Of a stretch of DNA of 61,739 nucleotides, positions 46,099-59,868 are shown piece by piece. Below the pieces are notes generated by a model. The model saw only the letters and a program-made list of their open reading frames with translations, did no database searches and had not been told where the DNA came from. The stretch lies in the NCBI GenBank assembly GCA_000934665.2, contig KZ538562.1:1-61739 (forward strand), in the 5' to 3' direction. The DNA comes from Catajapyx aquilonaris (lineage: Eukaryota). Numbering within the stretch: the stretch's first letter is position 1; the number at the start of each line of letters is the position of its first letter. The translations under genes and the position numbers were made by a program.

Positions 46099-46411
46099 CC
46101 ATGGTAATGTTGCTGTATGTCGAGTTGTTACTCAGGTCCCCAATTGGAGGTCCAAAGGTGGCATTGTGCAGCAGCATGCCTCTGGCAGCCTCTGGATTGT
46201 AATGGTGATGGGAGGCACTGGGTGAGGTGAAGTTGTGGGGATGTGGAGGAGGATGTACTGAAGTGTGGGGATGGGAGTGTGGGTGAGGATGAGGGTGGGG
46301 AAAGGGATGGGTTATGCTGGAGGCAGCTTCTGATGGGGGTAGATTCAACATGTTGGCCAAATCCTGCCATCTCTGCTCCATGCTGACAGTGCGCACAAAT
46401 GGTGTGCGGGC
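46099..46411 (-). CDS. cnc: Cnc exon (ARTPFVRTVSMEQRWQDLANML, His/Pro-rich, LLHNAT)
   Basis: SMEQRWQDL and LLHNAT motifs of arthropod Cnc. ttttcag| acceptor. Confidence 0.9.
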
Positions 46412-49411
46412 CTGAAAACAAGGCATCTGTTGTTTTTGGACTCTTAGAATCTCTTGGATACCAGCAAGCACTTCTGACACACCTGTCATCATAGCGGCTA
46501 TCCATTTCCACTCATGGAGGAATTTTTCATCACATCCTTTGAAACTGCCATCTAAGCCCTCAAATTCACAACTAATAAGTTCTGTTTTGGCCATGAAAGC
46601 ACTATTGATTTGATTTTTCATGTTAAAGTAAAAAAATAGAAATTGTCAAGTTCAAACATACTTGCTACATTGTCTGGTGCTCTCTTTCATCCAATACTTC
46701 TCTCGAAATGAGTTAAATGCCCCGACAAAGGTCCCTTCAAATCTACAGCCATACCAATGATAACAATTGACTCAAGTGCGAGGTGAGATGCCCTTTCTAA
46801 TCTTTCTAATCTTCATGACTTATCACATTCACAAAAAGGGCCTTTTGAAATGCCCTCTGCCATGCTGCCTTCCTTCCTTCCTTCCTTCCTTCTTGCTAAT
46901 AATCAATTTGTAAAATATCAGTTAATTTTACTGCAATAAACTTTTTGATTTCTGCCAATCTGTATAATTCTCTCAGTAACACCACATAATCATGCAGGTG
47001 CAATATCAGAACCCTAATAAACTGCAATATTACTTATGTGGCAAAGCTATCATGCAAAAAGCTTCGAAACTTTTCTCTATCAAGCATTATCAATCACAAT
47101 GGTGAACTTGCACAGAGTAAATGTCACAGGGATAGTTTTTTGCTGCTTGAGTTGTCTTAGGATCAGAATGCCTCTAGCCCCTCTGCCATAACTTTTTGCA
47201 TCACATATACAAACTAATTTGCATGACTGTTTAACATATTCCTTAAAAAAATATTGCGATTTGGCAAATACAATGACTGCATAACAATTTAATATTTAAA
47301 TCAAGGCTGACACATTTTCCCTCTGCCAACCCCTGTGGAACAGTGACAAATTGGTGACTGAAGAGGAAGCTCACCTTCTCCCATTTTGAACTGTGGAAGT
47401 GCTTCTTAGACAAACACTTGTTTAATCAAGAGAGGAACTAAGAGGATGAGGCAGGGTGGCACTTCAAATATTGACATTCTACACTTCAAGGTCTCTCTTC
47501 CATCCTTCTCAAAGCCCTCCTGGAGGGTACTTCTGCTATTGTTATGTAATATTTCTCTACAAAATTCCCCTGCCTTCTCAGAGTCCTTTATTTTATCAAA
47601 TTGCACTGTCCTCCACTTGTTTCATTCTGGAAGCACTCCATCTCCTTGCTTCCTCGATGGTCAAAATGTCATGAGATACCAAGGCTACATCACACACACA
47701 TAGGTAGAATTAAAAATAAAAATAATTGATGGCCTCAAGTGGACAAGCACAACAGAAGAGGGTTCTCCTTCCCTCTTTTCACAGCTGCTGCAAGGCCCTT
47801 TGTAGGGCCCTTCCATTCTCTACAGAGCCATCAAAAATAGCTGTTGATGCAACACCTTTTTTTCCTGTGCAGGTATCATTTGTTTCCTGCTAGCAAAAGT
47901 ACAAATAATTTGTCTACTGTGGATGGACGGACCTTCAGTCTCAGAAGGCGGTGAAGTGCAGCAGAGGCAATTTGGTTGTAATCAAGCCATCATTAATTAT
48001 CCCTGTCAGGAGTGATTCAAAATAGCCACCTTTCTCTACCACAACAATGGAGTGTGATTGCCACATTCTGCACCTCTGTCACCAAACGGAGATGACAAGA
48101 AAACACTGCCAATGATTAATTTCACATTTCTGTCATTTCCACTGGTGGCAACAGAGGACCATGCCTTCAAGCCACTTGACATCCTGAAGGCCAGATGCAG
48201 CCATCACTCTTTTTTCTTCTCACTAATTTATATATACCTCAACTGTTTTCACACTGCACAAAGTAACACAAGCAACTGTTCCCTTCCTGCTGTTGTCCAA
48301 CAGTCCACTACCAACCGATCTACTAACCTCCAACTCCTTCCCTTCCTCCTCTACCTTCTTGGTCATCACTAGCAAAAGACTGAGTTCACAACTCCCCATG
48401 GCCGGTGGCCACACGGCCGAATGACGAGCCACATGGAGCTGCATCCACGTTTTATCACTGCCGCCACCACTGATGTTCTACAACTTGTCCCCAGAGGCTC
48501 TCTTCCTCTCACCCCCCTCCCACCCTCCACTTCCCACCTTAGTTGCTACCACCACTCTCAACCTTGCTGTCTTCTGCCTTTCCCCCAACCACCCCCCTCC
48601 AAGCCTCAACACCCTCAGGCTGACCTTCACTACCTTAACAAGTGCTAATATCCCTGCTCTTCATGTTGACACTTCCTCCACTGTAACAGACTAACCCTGA
48701 CCTTCTTGCCATCTCTTTTCAACTATCTTCACTCCTCCTGTACTTCCCCTGTGGATATTGCTCTACCTCATTGTTACATCTGTTGTTTTTTTTTTTGCCT
48801 CAATTAAAGTTTCTCTATAGTGCTAATGAAGCAACATTTTTGCAAAAAATGACTGATGATGAATGTCAGTTTAAACTACATACCATAATTGGTGTTCTTA
48901 GGTTGTAGGCTTACATGCAAAGCAAGTAATTACCACACCATTTACCTTAATTTTTTTTAAATGTTCCTTTCTTACATATTACTCAAGCGGACAGTTGCAA
49001 ATCACAGTAACTAAAGTGTTAGTCCCAACTCCGTGCTAATAATTTTGATATGTAGAAGAAGAAGAAGAAGAAGAAGAAAATCCATACAAACATCATGTTA
49101 GTTTAACATGAGGTAAGAATTTGAAGAAACATTTTTTCTCCCACCCATGTACACATGCCAGGCACAGTTTAACCTTGGAAAAGTAATTAGGTAAGCGCAC
49201 ACTCTTTAATTCTCTAACTCCTGAGGCATTATTTCACATAAGAATGAGTAAAAATTAATCACCTTCTTTGAAAAATATTATATGCCCAAGAATTTCTTTT
49301 GCATGTGAATCCCTTACAAACCTGATGGTTGTCAGAAGGTACCATCAAATGTAACTGTGACAGTAATCAATTCTGTGGTTGTGCCAGATTACATCCTACT
49401 GTAACATCTGG

Positions 49412-49448
49412 TCAGGGAGCATATACTAATGTAGTATATGCTCCCTGA
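49412..49448. repeat. Perfect 17-bp-arm hairpin
   Basis: tcagggagcatatacta-atg-tagtatatgctccctga. Confidence 0.85.
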
Positions 49449-49669
49449 TCTAGTGCTGCCCTCACAAAATATCATTTTCTCAATTTTTGGAGTCCCACAA
49501 TGTAATAATACTTCCTGTTCCATGATTGATTTTGCTTGACACTCAATCATAGTTAATAAATAATAATGCTACATAAAAATGGAAATATTGGTTTTCCCCT
49601 ATCAAATTCTGAGTTGGAAAATTCGGACTTGTGTTAAAAATTCCAACATGTAAAAAAAGTAAGGCACCA

Positions 49670-49831
49670 GGGCGACACAGTGGCATAGTGGTTAGCGTCT
49701 TAGCCTCTGAGGTCCCGAGTTCGATCCCTGGGTCGGACGGAGGATACTTATGTAGATAGAGTTTCGATGGGTTCTCTGTGTGTTCACATGGGTTTTCTCG
49801 GGGTTCTCCTATTTCCTCCCGCGATCAAAAT
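49670..49831 (+). mobile_element. 3'-truncated SINE S1
   Basis: S1 head and body. Confidence 0.85.
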
Positions 49832-52098
49832 TGCATGAAGTGGTACCACATCTCAAGAAATTATTTGCTTGACAAGTTCTTTGTGTCCAGTGGCAGCTGA
49901 AGATCTGTCCCTTCATATATCTATGTAACTTCTGGGCTAAATGATTTGTAAAAATTTTTACTGCCAAATAGTGCTTCCTTTTAAGGCAATAACTTTCAAG
50001 GAACTAAAAGCATTGAAACTCAAACGCCTGATTGCATGATCAATGGTAAATCCTGAACAAGTGATTAATCTGCATCACTCATATAGGATTGCATTTCTTT
50101 TTATTTCTTATTGATCATAAAACTGGCATGAAGCGTCGATTGTATGATCAATAGTGACATATTTAGGTATTTGCCGCTCCTAGGCAGAGCCTTATCTGCC
50201 GCCGCCCTTCCCCCCCACTCTTGGATGAATTTTAGGTCCAAGATTGGGGAAATTCCGAAATTTGCGGATTTCAAGGCCAAATATCTCGAAAATTGTTATT
50301 TCAAATAATTTGACATTTTGGTCATGAATACTCCTACTAGTGCTTAGCAAAATCCAGTGAATTTCATCTTGGAGCTTGCACACTTTTATGCCGCTCCAAG
50401 GTGAATCGGCCAATGCCCAGACCAGTAAGGGTGAAAGCCACATGTAGATCCTGTACAGATCCTCACTGTCCTTGGGGGCAAGGGTGCACGCGACTTTCGC
50501 CCTTGCTGGTCTCAGGCATCGGGCGATTCAACATGGGCTGGCACATGAACGGTGACGCCATGCATGACATATTTTTGTACGCGTCAAAATTTTCTCCTCA
50601 ATTAAATTTTCCGCCTCCATGACATTTGCCGCCCCCTAAAATTTGCCACCCTAGGCACGTGCCTACTTGGTCTATTGGGTAATATACCCCTGGATCGATA
50701 ATAAATCCAGAAGCCTTCTTGAGTAAAATGGATCAACCACTTCATAATTTACTATTGATCACACAAACCACCCTAAGTAGATACTGGCCATGAAATCTGT
50801 CAGGAATACCTAAGCAAACTTATATTTTCTTGTTGAATACCAAGGCAGTATATCTCAAGCAGATCATGTGTAGTATACTGTGTGTTAAGAGGAAGTTTAC
50901 CTATAGCCTCAGGAGAAAGCAAAGTGGAATTCATTACAAATTTCCTTCGATATTTGAAGATGCAATGCATAAGGCGTACAGCTTTAAAACTTGTGCTAAT
51001 TCGGAATTGGCTTGCAGTAAAAAGAAAACTTCACACTGTTTGGTCACACACACCATATCAGCCAATCCTAGCAGACTGCCTACTTCTGGGAATGGGTTGA
51101 TATGCAAGTGTCTCCTCATTAACCCCTTTAAATTTCTTTAACATCCCATCAGGTGAGAAACCCTTTCCAGGAATGCATATTTTGAAACCTTCTCATTTGA
51201 TTCTCTTGCATGTTTAGCCACTGCCCATTTGCTATGTTAGAGAAACTTTCTCCAATGTCTAATGACAGGCTTCAGATCATGTGCATCATCATCCCAACCT
51301 TCCCAATTGTAGCAAGGAACTGATTTGGCAAGACAAATTTGTTTCAAGATGCAGGAGGTTAAGGATGTAAACACACGAGACCACCATGGCTGTGCTACAA
51401 CGCCTTTGCATTGCTGCAAGTGTAGCCTTTCCCACGTGGTGGTACCTGGTGTCAACATCAAATAATATGTGGTGGTGTGGCCTCCTGTATTTACAGTTTT
51501 ACACCATAAGAGTCATATGTGAACTCTCCTATACTTCAGGAGGGCAAATAGGTAAGAGGGCCACACAAAACTGAAGTGGTAAAGGTTGGTAGAGCAAATA
51601 CCCAATGTTATTTTCACATGGCATTAGAATTATTACTTAAAAAATAATTTAAAACATTTTAAAATGTAAAATAATAATGACCCTGTTGACCTGTGGTGTT
51701 TCAGGGATCCTCTTTTAAATCCCATGTTTATTCAATTTCTGCACTGCTGGTAGATTTGTCTTGTGCGAAGAAATGGGAGAGGAACCCCCCCCCCCCCCCC
51801 CCCCCTCAAGAAAACCCACTTCAACACTGCAAGAACCCATAAAAGCTCTTTCTACATTAGACAAAATTGCAATATTAATACATAGTATTAAAACCAGGTT
51901 CCGTGTTTCAGAAAGCTGGGCCTTCAAAAAAAAAACATTGATTCCAAATATGTGGTTGATTTCGATCATTAATACAATGCAAGCATAAAATTTCAAGTCA
52001 AAATCTTTTGTTTAAGGTGACAGTCATGCTTGCAGTACTGTACATGTTGTGCTACTGGCACAGATGTAGTGAAATGAGTAGATTTGGTGGAGAAGCTA

Positions 52099-53528
52099 GC
52101 TTGGTGCCATTCAAATAATCAGGAATTTGTCCTGAGTGGACTACACCCCTCGTGCCAGGGGTCTTGGAAAGGCAGGTAGGGATTGTGTCGTCCCATCACT
52201 AGATGGCAGGAGGGCGCCTGCGGGTGCCTGGGTTTTGGACCTATAGGGAGCTCTTTGTGTGAGTCAGTGTGTTGTGACAGGTAAAGATGGTCGGTCCAAT
52301 AAATGAATGTTCCGTAAGTTGTATTATTAGACCACGACCCTGAGTGACCTTGCGGGGTCAGAGGGATGACCTGACGAGGTCAAATCTCACAGGATAAGGG
52401 TGGAAGGAGCTGGGGTACAGGAAGCTACCTACATGACTTAACCTGTACACAATACAATAATTGCATCAATTAACTGCCATATCCTCCCGAGACCTGGTGT
52501 CGACATATGTCGACATCAGCAAAAGATTTTTTTGGCGCCAACCAGTGATGCCAACAGAACTGCAATATGCTGGTATCCCATGGTTACAATCTGGCCTCAA
52601 TAGCTGTAGCCACCTAGCGTCGAATATCTGGCTTGGGCCGCGAAAATTAAATCGCGGACAAAATGGCGGATTCCGCTGCTGAAGCTTAGGCGCTCATCTG
52701 ATCAGTTTTATTTTTTTACTCATATTTAGAATGCGATTTTCGCAATGCAGTGAATGTCCTGGGATTCGCAAGGAATGTGTCTTAGGAACTGCGAAAAGAT
52801 GATTCTGTGACAATCTTTGTTGCTGTAGAGAACTGGTCATTTTCTTTTCTTCCTGAGACAAAATGACCATTTAAATGGACATCCGAAAAATGGCATTTTT
52901 AGCTGAATGGGTGTGACTTTTCTTTACCTGCCTGTACCTATACACCCATAAGGAAGTGAGCTTTGCACTATGCTGTTCAGTTTTGAAATCTAGAATAGTA
53001 AGGTACCACTTTAGCGGGTAAGAAGGGAAGGAGCAACCCCCATGCCTGGAGTGGTGGCGTTAAAAAATGATTTCATTTATCTTTAATTGTCTTCTGAGAG
53101 GAATTGCTACCACTAATTCCACAAATTAATTTTAAAAACATTGTTTGGAGGATAGAGCACTATGTGAGTGATCCATTAAGTGGTATTTCAATTTTCAGCT
53201 TTCATCCGTTCTGCTTTTGTAGCACCAATTGGGTCCTAATGTTCTCATTGGTTGTTTGTCGCCATTTTTGTCGATATTTTAAAACTAAATTTTTTTTCTT
53301 GTTTCTTATTGGGAACATGTTCAGAAAATGCAATAGGAACTGACATTGCGTTAAAAAATTCTTCTCGGGTCTCAGGAGGATATTACCATTTCTAGTAAAG
53401 GTTCATGTGCAGGCAGCTTTGTCCCTCTCCACCTACCATTCTCAGGCCTGCCTGCCTTTCCAAGATCCCAGGCACCTTGGGTGAGGTCGGCTTGGAGCAA
53501 AAACCGGGTGTTTCAAATGGCATCAAGC
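52099..53528. mobile_element. Foldback DNA element with a nested piggyBac-like element (52483-53379, ATAT TSD)
   Basis: Outer imperfect arms gcttg(g/a)tgccatt..tcttggaaaggcagg. Inner TIR cctcc(c/t)gagacc like the 14708 element. Confidence 0.72.
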
Positions 53529-55282
53529 ATGTCCCCAGGAGCCATTTAAACTTGTTAGTTCCTAAAAACATACCTTCCTAAACATACCATTCCTGAAACA
53601 TACTGCAGTTGTGTCTTTCTCTCATAAGATGGCATATGTGGGGCAGTTTGATTCATGTACTGCACAGACAACTACCATGTGCGTACCACTCTAGCCAATA
53701 TAATGTATCTAGGCAAATAACCTAACCCTACCAATCCCAATATACACCTTTACTAACCTCTATCTCTATCTTTTAATGGTCTATCCCATTCTCCTCATAA
53801 CAATCATGTATCACATTTGGCCCAAAGATATCTTTTGGAAATATAGAATGGCTACATAATTATAATTTTCTGAAAGGAGGCTGCATAACATGTTCTGCAT
53901 TGAAAACATTATGTACTCTCCATATGCCTCCCCTTCCCATCCCTCCATAACCTGACCTCCATGTCAAGATCACTATAAATAACCGCAGCAAAACTGATGT
54001 GTGGCTGTGAAGCTGAGATATCTCACCCCTCTCTGCACTTGTGTCACCTTCCCACCTCAGAGAAAACGGATTCATTTTTACAGATCTCACCATTACTATG
54101 CAGTCAGGAGTGTAATAATGGAGACTGAACCTTGCACTTTGTGTTGACAGATCAATCTCGGAAAACATAGTGATATTTTATGGTAATGTTGTGTCCTCGT
54201 ATGTAAACTGACCAATTTCAAATAACCTCAAATCTCTTTACACATGGATCGAGGTTGGACAATTTTTGCTCTAAAAACATCAAACTACACATACAAATTG
54301 TCAAAATAATGACAAAATACGATCCCAAATATTCCCTAAAAACTACATAGTGTGCAAGGAAAGGAATATCTTCTTGCCAGCTGAGTGTCTAGAAGAGCTC
54401 GGTAAACCCTAAATAGACCGTTTCATCCCATTTTCTTCCTTAATTAAAATACATTCCCTTCAGGTGTACTGCGAGTATGCAATATGAAGCTTCTCCATTT
54501 TTATTTCAGTATCAGGCTGTGCTTCCTTTCAGTACACTTTGCAGTACCAGTACTGAGAAGGTTCTTTGGAAATAATATGGTGTATTTGGAGAATACTTCA
54601 GGGGAGCAACTTACACAAAAGTGAATTTTGGCTGGAGTACTTAATGTTCAGAACGAGAACAGCAGCACATTTTTGAAAAGCAAAAGGGATGACAACATGC
54701 ATTCCTGCGCCACAAAATGTTCCAAAACAAATTACTTGATTCTTACATCAATAAAAAAAATTAAATGGAGCCATCAAAAGTAACAACTTTTTAGAAAAAT
54801 CATTTCTTCACCTGGGGTGGGTATTTGCTGTACCTCTGTACTGCACCTGTCAGAGATGTATCTCAAAGCTAGTAAATTTTTCTTTTATCTTGCCAAAAGT
54901 GGCAGCACTACTTCCAGATAAAAACGAAAAAACTGAAAATAATTATGCCAATGTCGCTATTTGACAAATGTGTTGTACACCCCCATAATATCCTATTACA
55001 TGCTAAATAAGACACCCATATTTGGGTTCAAGAAACAGTGACTTGTGCTTCTGGGAAAGTCTTGCTCTCATGCCTACGTAGGGAAAAGATGTCTAAAACT
55101 ATTTTCCCTCTTCGCTCTACTGGCTAAAGCTTTAAAATTGCAGCTTTTTCCCCCTTCCCTCTCCAAACTTGTCAAAACAGCTTCTTTCAATGAGTGTGCT
55201 TCAAGTGGGTGGTGACTCTTAGACATGCAGCCTACTGAATGATAAAGTTGTGGAATGTTGCCAAGCTTGTTGCCTCCCCTAC

Positions 55283-55435
55283 CTGAAACGTCCGAGCTGA
55301 TGCGTGGCTGTGAAGCTGAGATGTCTGAAGCATCTTGTCTAGCATGCTCTGGTCACCTTCCTCCTCTTCAAAGGGCAGTGCAGAGGCACCAATTTGGGAT
55401 TCAGCCCCCTGTTGTGATATGTCGTCCAGCAAACT
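55283..55435 (-). CDS. cnc: Cnc exon (SLLDDISQ..MLDKMLQTSQLHSHASARTFQ)
   Basis: Phase 0/0, CAG|gtaggg donor, joins in frame to the 46411 exon. Confidence 0.8.
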
Positions 55436-55501
55436 CTAACAAATGGAAAAATTACACCTTTTATTCTTGAATGGCTCCTTACGACTGTTTTTCTCACTTA
55501 C

Positions 55502-55644
55502 CAAGGGTGAATTCGGCAATATATCATCAAAGTAGCCCAACTGAAGAGCATCCTCCAATACCAAATCACTTGGGGTGCTTCTGGCATCAACGTCTCCCAA
55601 TAAGTTGAGTTCCTCGTTTGCAGCCTCAGCCAAGAGAAGATCAG
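55502..55644 (-). CDS. cnc: Cnc acidic exon (DLLLAEAANEELNLL..LEDALQLGYFDDILPNSPL)
   Basis: ctgcag| acceptor, TTG|gtaagt donor, acidic transactivation-like composition. Confidence 0.75.
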
Positions 55645-58554
55645 CTGCAGGACAATCATGTCACGTTAATTCTTTTTCTTGAAAATTCTCAATTTTCAGC
55701 AGGAGTTCTTATGTAAAACATGGCGTCACTTGTTCCCCAATTGAAACACTTGTGCGTCCCTTCGCAGCTACCTCGCTTGATCCCTCCATCGTTCTGCAAG
55801 AGTGGCCTCTAAAGTGCCTCCCCTCCAGCTCAACAGCTGCCTAGTGCCACGTAACACCCAGTCAAAATCGGCAAGTCTTTGTTCGCTCCCTCCCGGGCCC
55901 GGGCCTGCCAAGCTGGAATCTTTCCCACCAACCATCGACTTCGCCTTGTCCTGACTAATGATTCAAAATCTGCCCTAATGTGAGACAATAATTTCTTGGC
56001 GTTGGTCAAAGGCCCTTCACAGTCTAAACCCAAATATCGGTGCCCAGAAGCAAGCATGCTCCTTGCCACCAACCATGGATGACAATCACTTTTCCCTTCT
56101 CTTCTGCTCCATCATCATTCCTCCCAAAGAAGCAAAATCATTATGCTTACAAACAAAATCTGCTTCCGTACTAGGGCAAGGTCGGTGTTCCCCCGAAAAA
56201 GTCAGGCAATTGCCATGCAATGCTGTGCCAAAACAGAGCAATATATTGTTACTAATACTAATAAATGACAAATGGTTTGTCAACCCCTCCCCTAACCATT
56301 CTGCTTCCCCTCTCCCACTACCCTGCAAGAAAAAAGAAAAAAAAAACCCAGTCCAAGAAAACAACAACAACTTTTCTTCCTTGGGTAGAGCTTTTGAATA
56401 ACATTTTCACAAAATGTCATCCCTCCATAAATCCATTAATCAGCAACCTCAGAACTGCAAGATTCCATCACAAAATATGACCTGCTCCACAGCCTTGTGA
56501 TTAATGCTTATGTAGCACCTTTTTGGACACCTCACAGAGTTTCCCAAGCATTCCAAGAAGGCTATTCCATTAAGGGTGGAATGACAATTGGTTGCCATAG
56601 TTGCCACTTCATCCGCTTCAAGCCATCTGCCTCACACAAACAACCATGGCGGATGGATACTTCCAAGTGGGCCACGCCACGGCACCAGGCAAGCAAGCGA
56701 GCGAGCAAGCGACCGACCGACCGACCAACCAACCACCCAACCAACCAAATGAGTGAATGGTTGCTTGCCTTCCCTTCAGTGCTATTAAACGTATAAAATG
56801 CAACTTGTGAAAAATAAATACCCTGTGTGCGTCACCCGGGTGAGGCTCCTGTGCAGCTGCAGCGCAAAGGTCTCCAAGACTGCCTTGCGTGAAAATGGGT
56901 TGCTGGTTACTTGCGGCCCAGGTGCCCCTCAGCAACGTCCAATCAGCTCTCGTTTCCTCCTGTCTACACCACTTCTCTCTCCAACATGGCTACAGAGACG
57001 CTCTCTCACCACACCACTGCAGAAGGCATGTTTCGCTCCGAAGACCACACCAAAAGCTGGCGCAGACTTTCCTATAATCTCTCCGCCACCATCCCACGTT
57101 CCCCCACTACCCACCCGCAACCATCCTCTCCCGCTGCGTTCATCTAGTCTCGCCCAGGTCTGTTCGTCACGTTTTCCGCTCCCCACCAAGGCCCCTGCTC
57201 TCTCCCCGGAGCTTTGAGGCTGGCCAACCACTGTTGCCGTGGTACAACTGCCCCTTGATTCCTTTCAATACTGACGCGTCACCTTGCCCAACCTGGCAAC
57301 CCACCATGAGCCGCGTCCTCCTACCTAAGGGCGACCTGCAAGTTTTGACAGCCAAAATAATAAATGGAAGCCAATAAAAGTGGCCCCGCCAACCCCAGAC
57401 GCCATTGTTGGAACTTGATCGTTTGCTTGCACACCCCTCTGACTGTTACGAGTCCAGCAACCCTCGATATATGCTAAGTGAAGCCTTGGAAAGCATCTCG
57501 TGCTTTAATCCCTTTCTTTTTTAACTAGGTATGCTGCTCTAGGTTTCTCTAGGGTCCGGTCCCAGCTCCTCCACAAAAGGCAGGTGGAAAACGGCAACTC
57601 GTGGCTGCTGTGCTCGGGAGCCTGACATTATTGGGGTGTTGGGGCATGAAGAATGTGGCGTTGTAGCGGATGCAAGTGGCAACAGTGAAGGGGATCTGAG
57701 GGAAACAAGGGAGCATCTAAACAATGCATAAACGATGAAAACCTCAAGCAAAGGTACAGCTGCCATGTGGGATACAAAATCCAACTCATTTAATAATATC
57801 AATTTAAAATAATCCCCATTACTATTTCACTCGAAAGGAAAAGTCACTAAAAAGCAATTTGCATAAAACAAACTTCCTGCCCCTCTGTTGCCCTCCACTG
57901 ACACTTTAATGCAAAGAGAGTAAGTAACAGGTCAGGAACTGCACATCATCCTCATTCTAGTTGCCTCATTCCTAGGTGGCCACTGTGTCATGTCATGACA
58001 ACTTGCAGGATAGTCAATGATGTACAACAACCTGCTACATATCATATGCCATTAAGAGCTGTTTCAACACCAAATGCCTCGATTGACACTGAACTTCTCC
58101 TTAAATTAGCTGATTGTTGTCCAGTGGATTGTTAAAATTTATTTAATATTACCCACTTCACAAGTCTTCAGATGAAAGAACTGAGGAAAATTCAAGTTCC
58201 ACCCAAAAACTGGTGGTAAAAAGGGCACCATCAAGAAAGCCTGGCATAATAACAAAACTACCATTAATCAGAAGATGACAGGTGCAAGGGGACTTTTCAA
58301 GTTGACCACCTTTTCCTACCACCTCCCCTTGTTTTCTTGTTTACTTTGCACTTCCTTCCCCCCACTAGTATTTTTTCCTCATACCCCCAAAGAAAAGCTG
58401 TCCTTTTGTGTCTCCACTACTACACAACTGGCTGAAAAGAAAAGCTGGGTCGGAATCAAGGAATCTGGATAGCTAGCTCTGGGTAATTCCCCTCGTTCAG
58501 GTCATTCAAGGAGGCTTGTCCCATGCTACGCCCCATCTTAGATTCCCTGCATAC

Positions 58555-58630
58555 CTGCGTCCAACAGGTCTGTTTCGCCATCCAGAGCATCCCATAGGCC
58601 GAGGCTGATATCTTCCACCTCGTGTTCCAC
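58555..58630 (-). CDS. cnc: Probable Cnc acidic exon (VEHEVEDISLGLWDALDGETDLLDA)
   Basis: ttcccag| acceptor, G|gtatgc donor, phase 0/1 fits the next exon. Confidence 0.7.
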
Positions 58631-58696
58631 CTGGGAACAAAGACACAAGCACTTCAACATTTTTTTGAATGCCCTTATATAGAAAAATAAAAATAC

Positions 58697-58798
58697 CTCA
58701 TTCTCAACAGTAGCAGGCTTCTCCTCGTCACTCTCACTGTCATTAGATAGTTCAACCCCCTCATCTTCGGTCCACACCTCAGAAACTGCTGCTATGTC
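58697..58798 (-). CDS. cnc: Probable Cnc acidic exon (DIAAVSEVWTEDEGVELSNDSESDEEKPATVENE); the gene continues beyond the window
   Basis: tttcaattttcag| acceptor, GAG|gtattt donor. No DLG/ETGE exon seen in the window. Confidence 0.7.
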
Positions 58799-59868
58799 CT
58801 GAAAATTGAAATTAAAATTAAGCAAGTCCTGCACATGAGAAGCAATTACACTTCTATTTCAGCTACAAATGTTACAGTTCTGAGTGTACTTGGTGCAGTG
58901 TACAATGCACAAGTACAAATTTATGGAATATATATACCCGCCTAATTCCCAGGGGGACTTTTCAAGTGGTAAACTTTTGACCAGTCATGTTGTGAAAGCA
59001 GAGTGGCTCAGGAACCCCCAGCCCCAGTTCCTTCCCCTCCCATCATATAACTGTCAAGGTAAGGCCTTCAACCCAGGTACCCATGTGCCATCTCTTGGTC
59101 CCTCTCACAAGTGTGTGTTCCAAACATTCCTCACTGACTTTCCAGTAGCACTGACAGCCAGAATATATAAAACTGATATCAATTTGCATCTTCTCCACAG
59201 TTCAAATATAGTATTCAATGACTTTGTAAATTTGTAACTAGCAGCACCTTGTAGGCATGGTGTCCCTCATTGCAATGGCATTAATACACACGACTTCTTT
59301 ACATGTTTAAGGGCTATTCAAGTTGGTCTATGGCAGGACAGAGTGACTGCCTCCAGTCTTCTCTCATATGTGGAAAATAATATTCAGATGCGAGTAATAA
59401 ATGCTTCACAAAATACAGAAAGAAAAATATATCAGCATTGGAATGCCTTGCAATATTACAGTCGCCACAGTTATACTTCAGTATTAAAATCAACTATTTT
59501 CTTTTGTGAACATACACTTCAGAAGAAATTGTGTAAAATCATTTTTTCTCTAATGTGAATGATAATTAACACATTTTTTAGCCCTCAAGTATACATTGTG
59601 GAATACCGAAACAGTGAAAATGTATCTCCATGTAAAATATTCCCAAATTACTTGCAGCTATGTAGGTATAGTCTCCAAAATATAAGCATCAAAAATAATT
59701 ATGAGAAAATGCAAACAGCCACAGTAGAGTAAATTCAGGTCCTATTAGTGTGATTACATTTATTTTTAGGAGGGCGGGGGGAGGGGGGTAATATACGTTA
59801 TACTTCTTTCACAGAAGGTCAACTCAATATAACAGCTGAACCAATAATATGAATGTTAATTAAGTCCA

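Noticed and set aside
46412..46621. N-terminal extension of ORF 45836-46621
   Set aside because: Lies upstream of a strong acceptor at 46412, so it is most likely intronic read-through.
56798..57355. Several overlapping 60-139 aa ORFs
   Set aside because: Explained by local GC richness. No homology recognised and no convincing splice pair.
19446..58798. Functional link between RTEL1 and cnc (genome protection cluster)
   Set aside because: The genes are convergent and about 12 kb apart. Adjacency alone is not evidence without synteny data.
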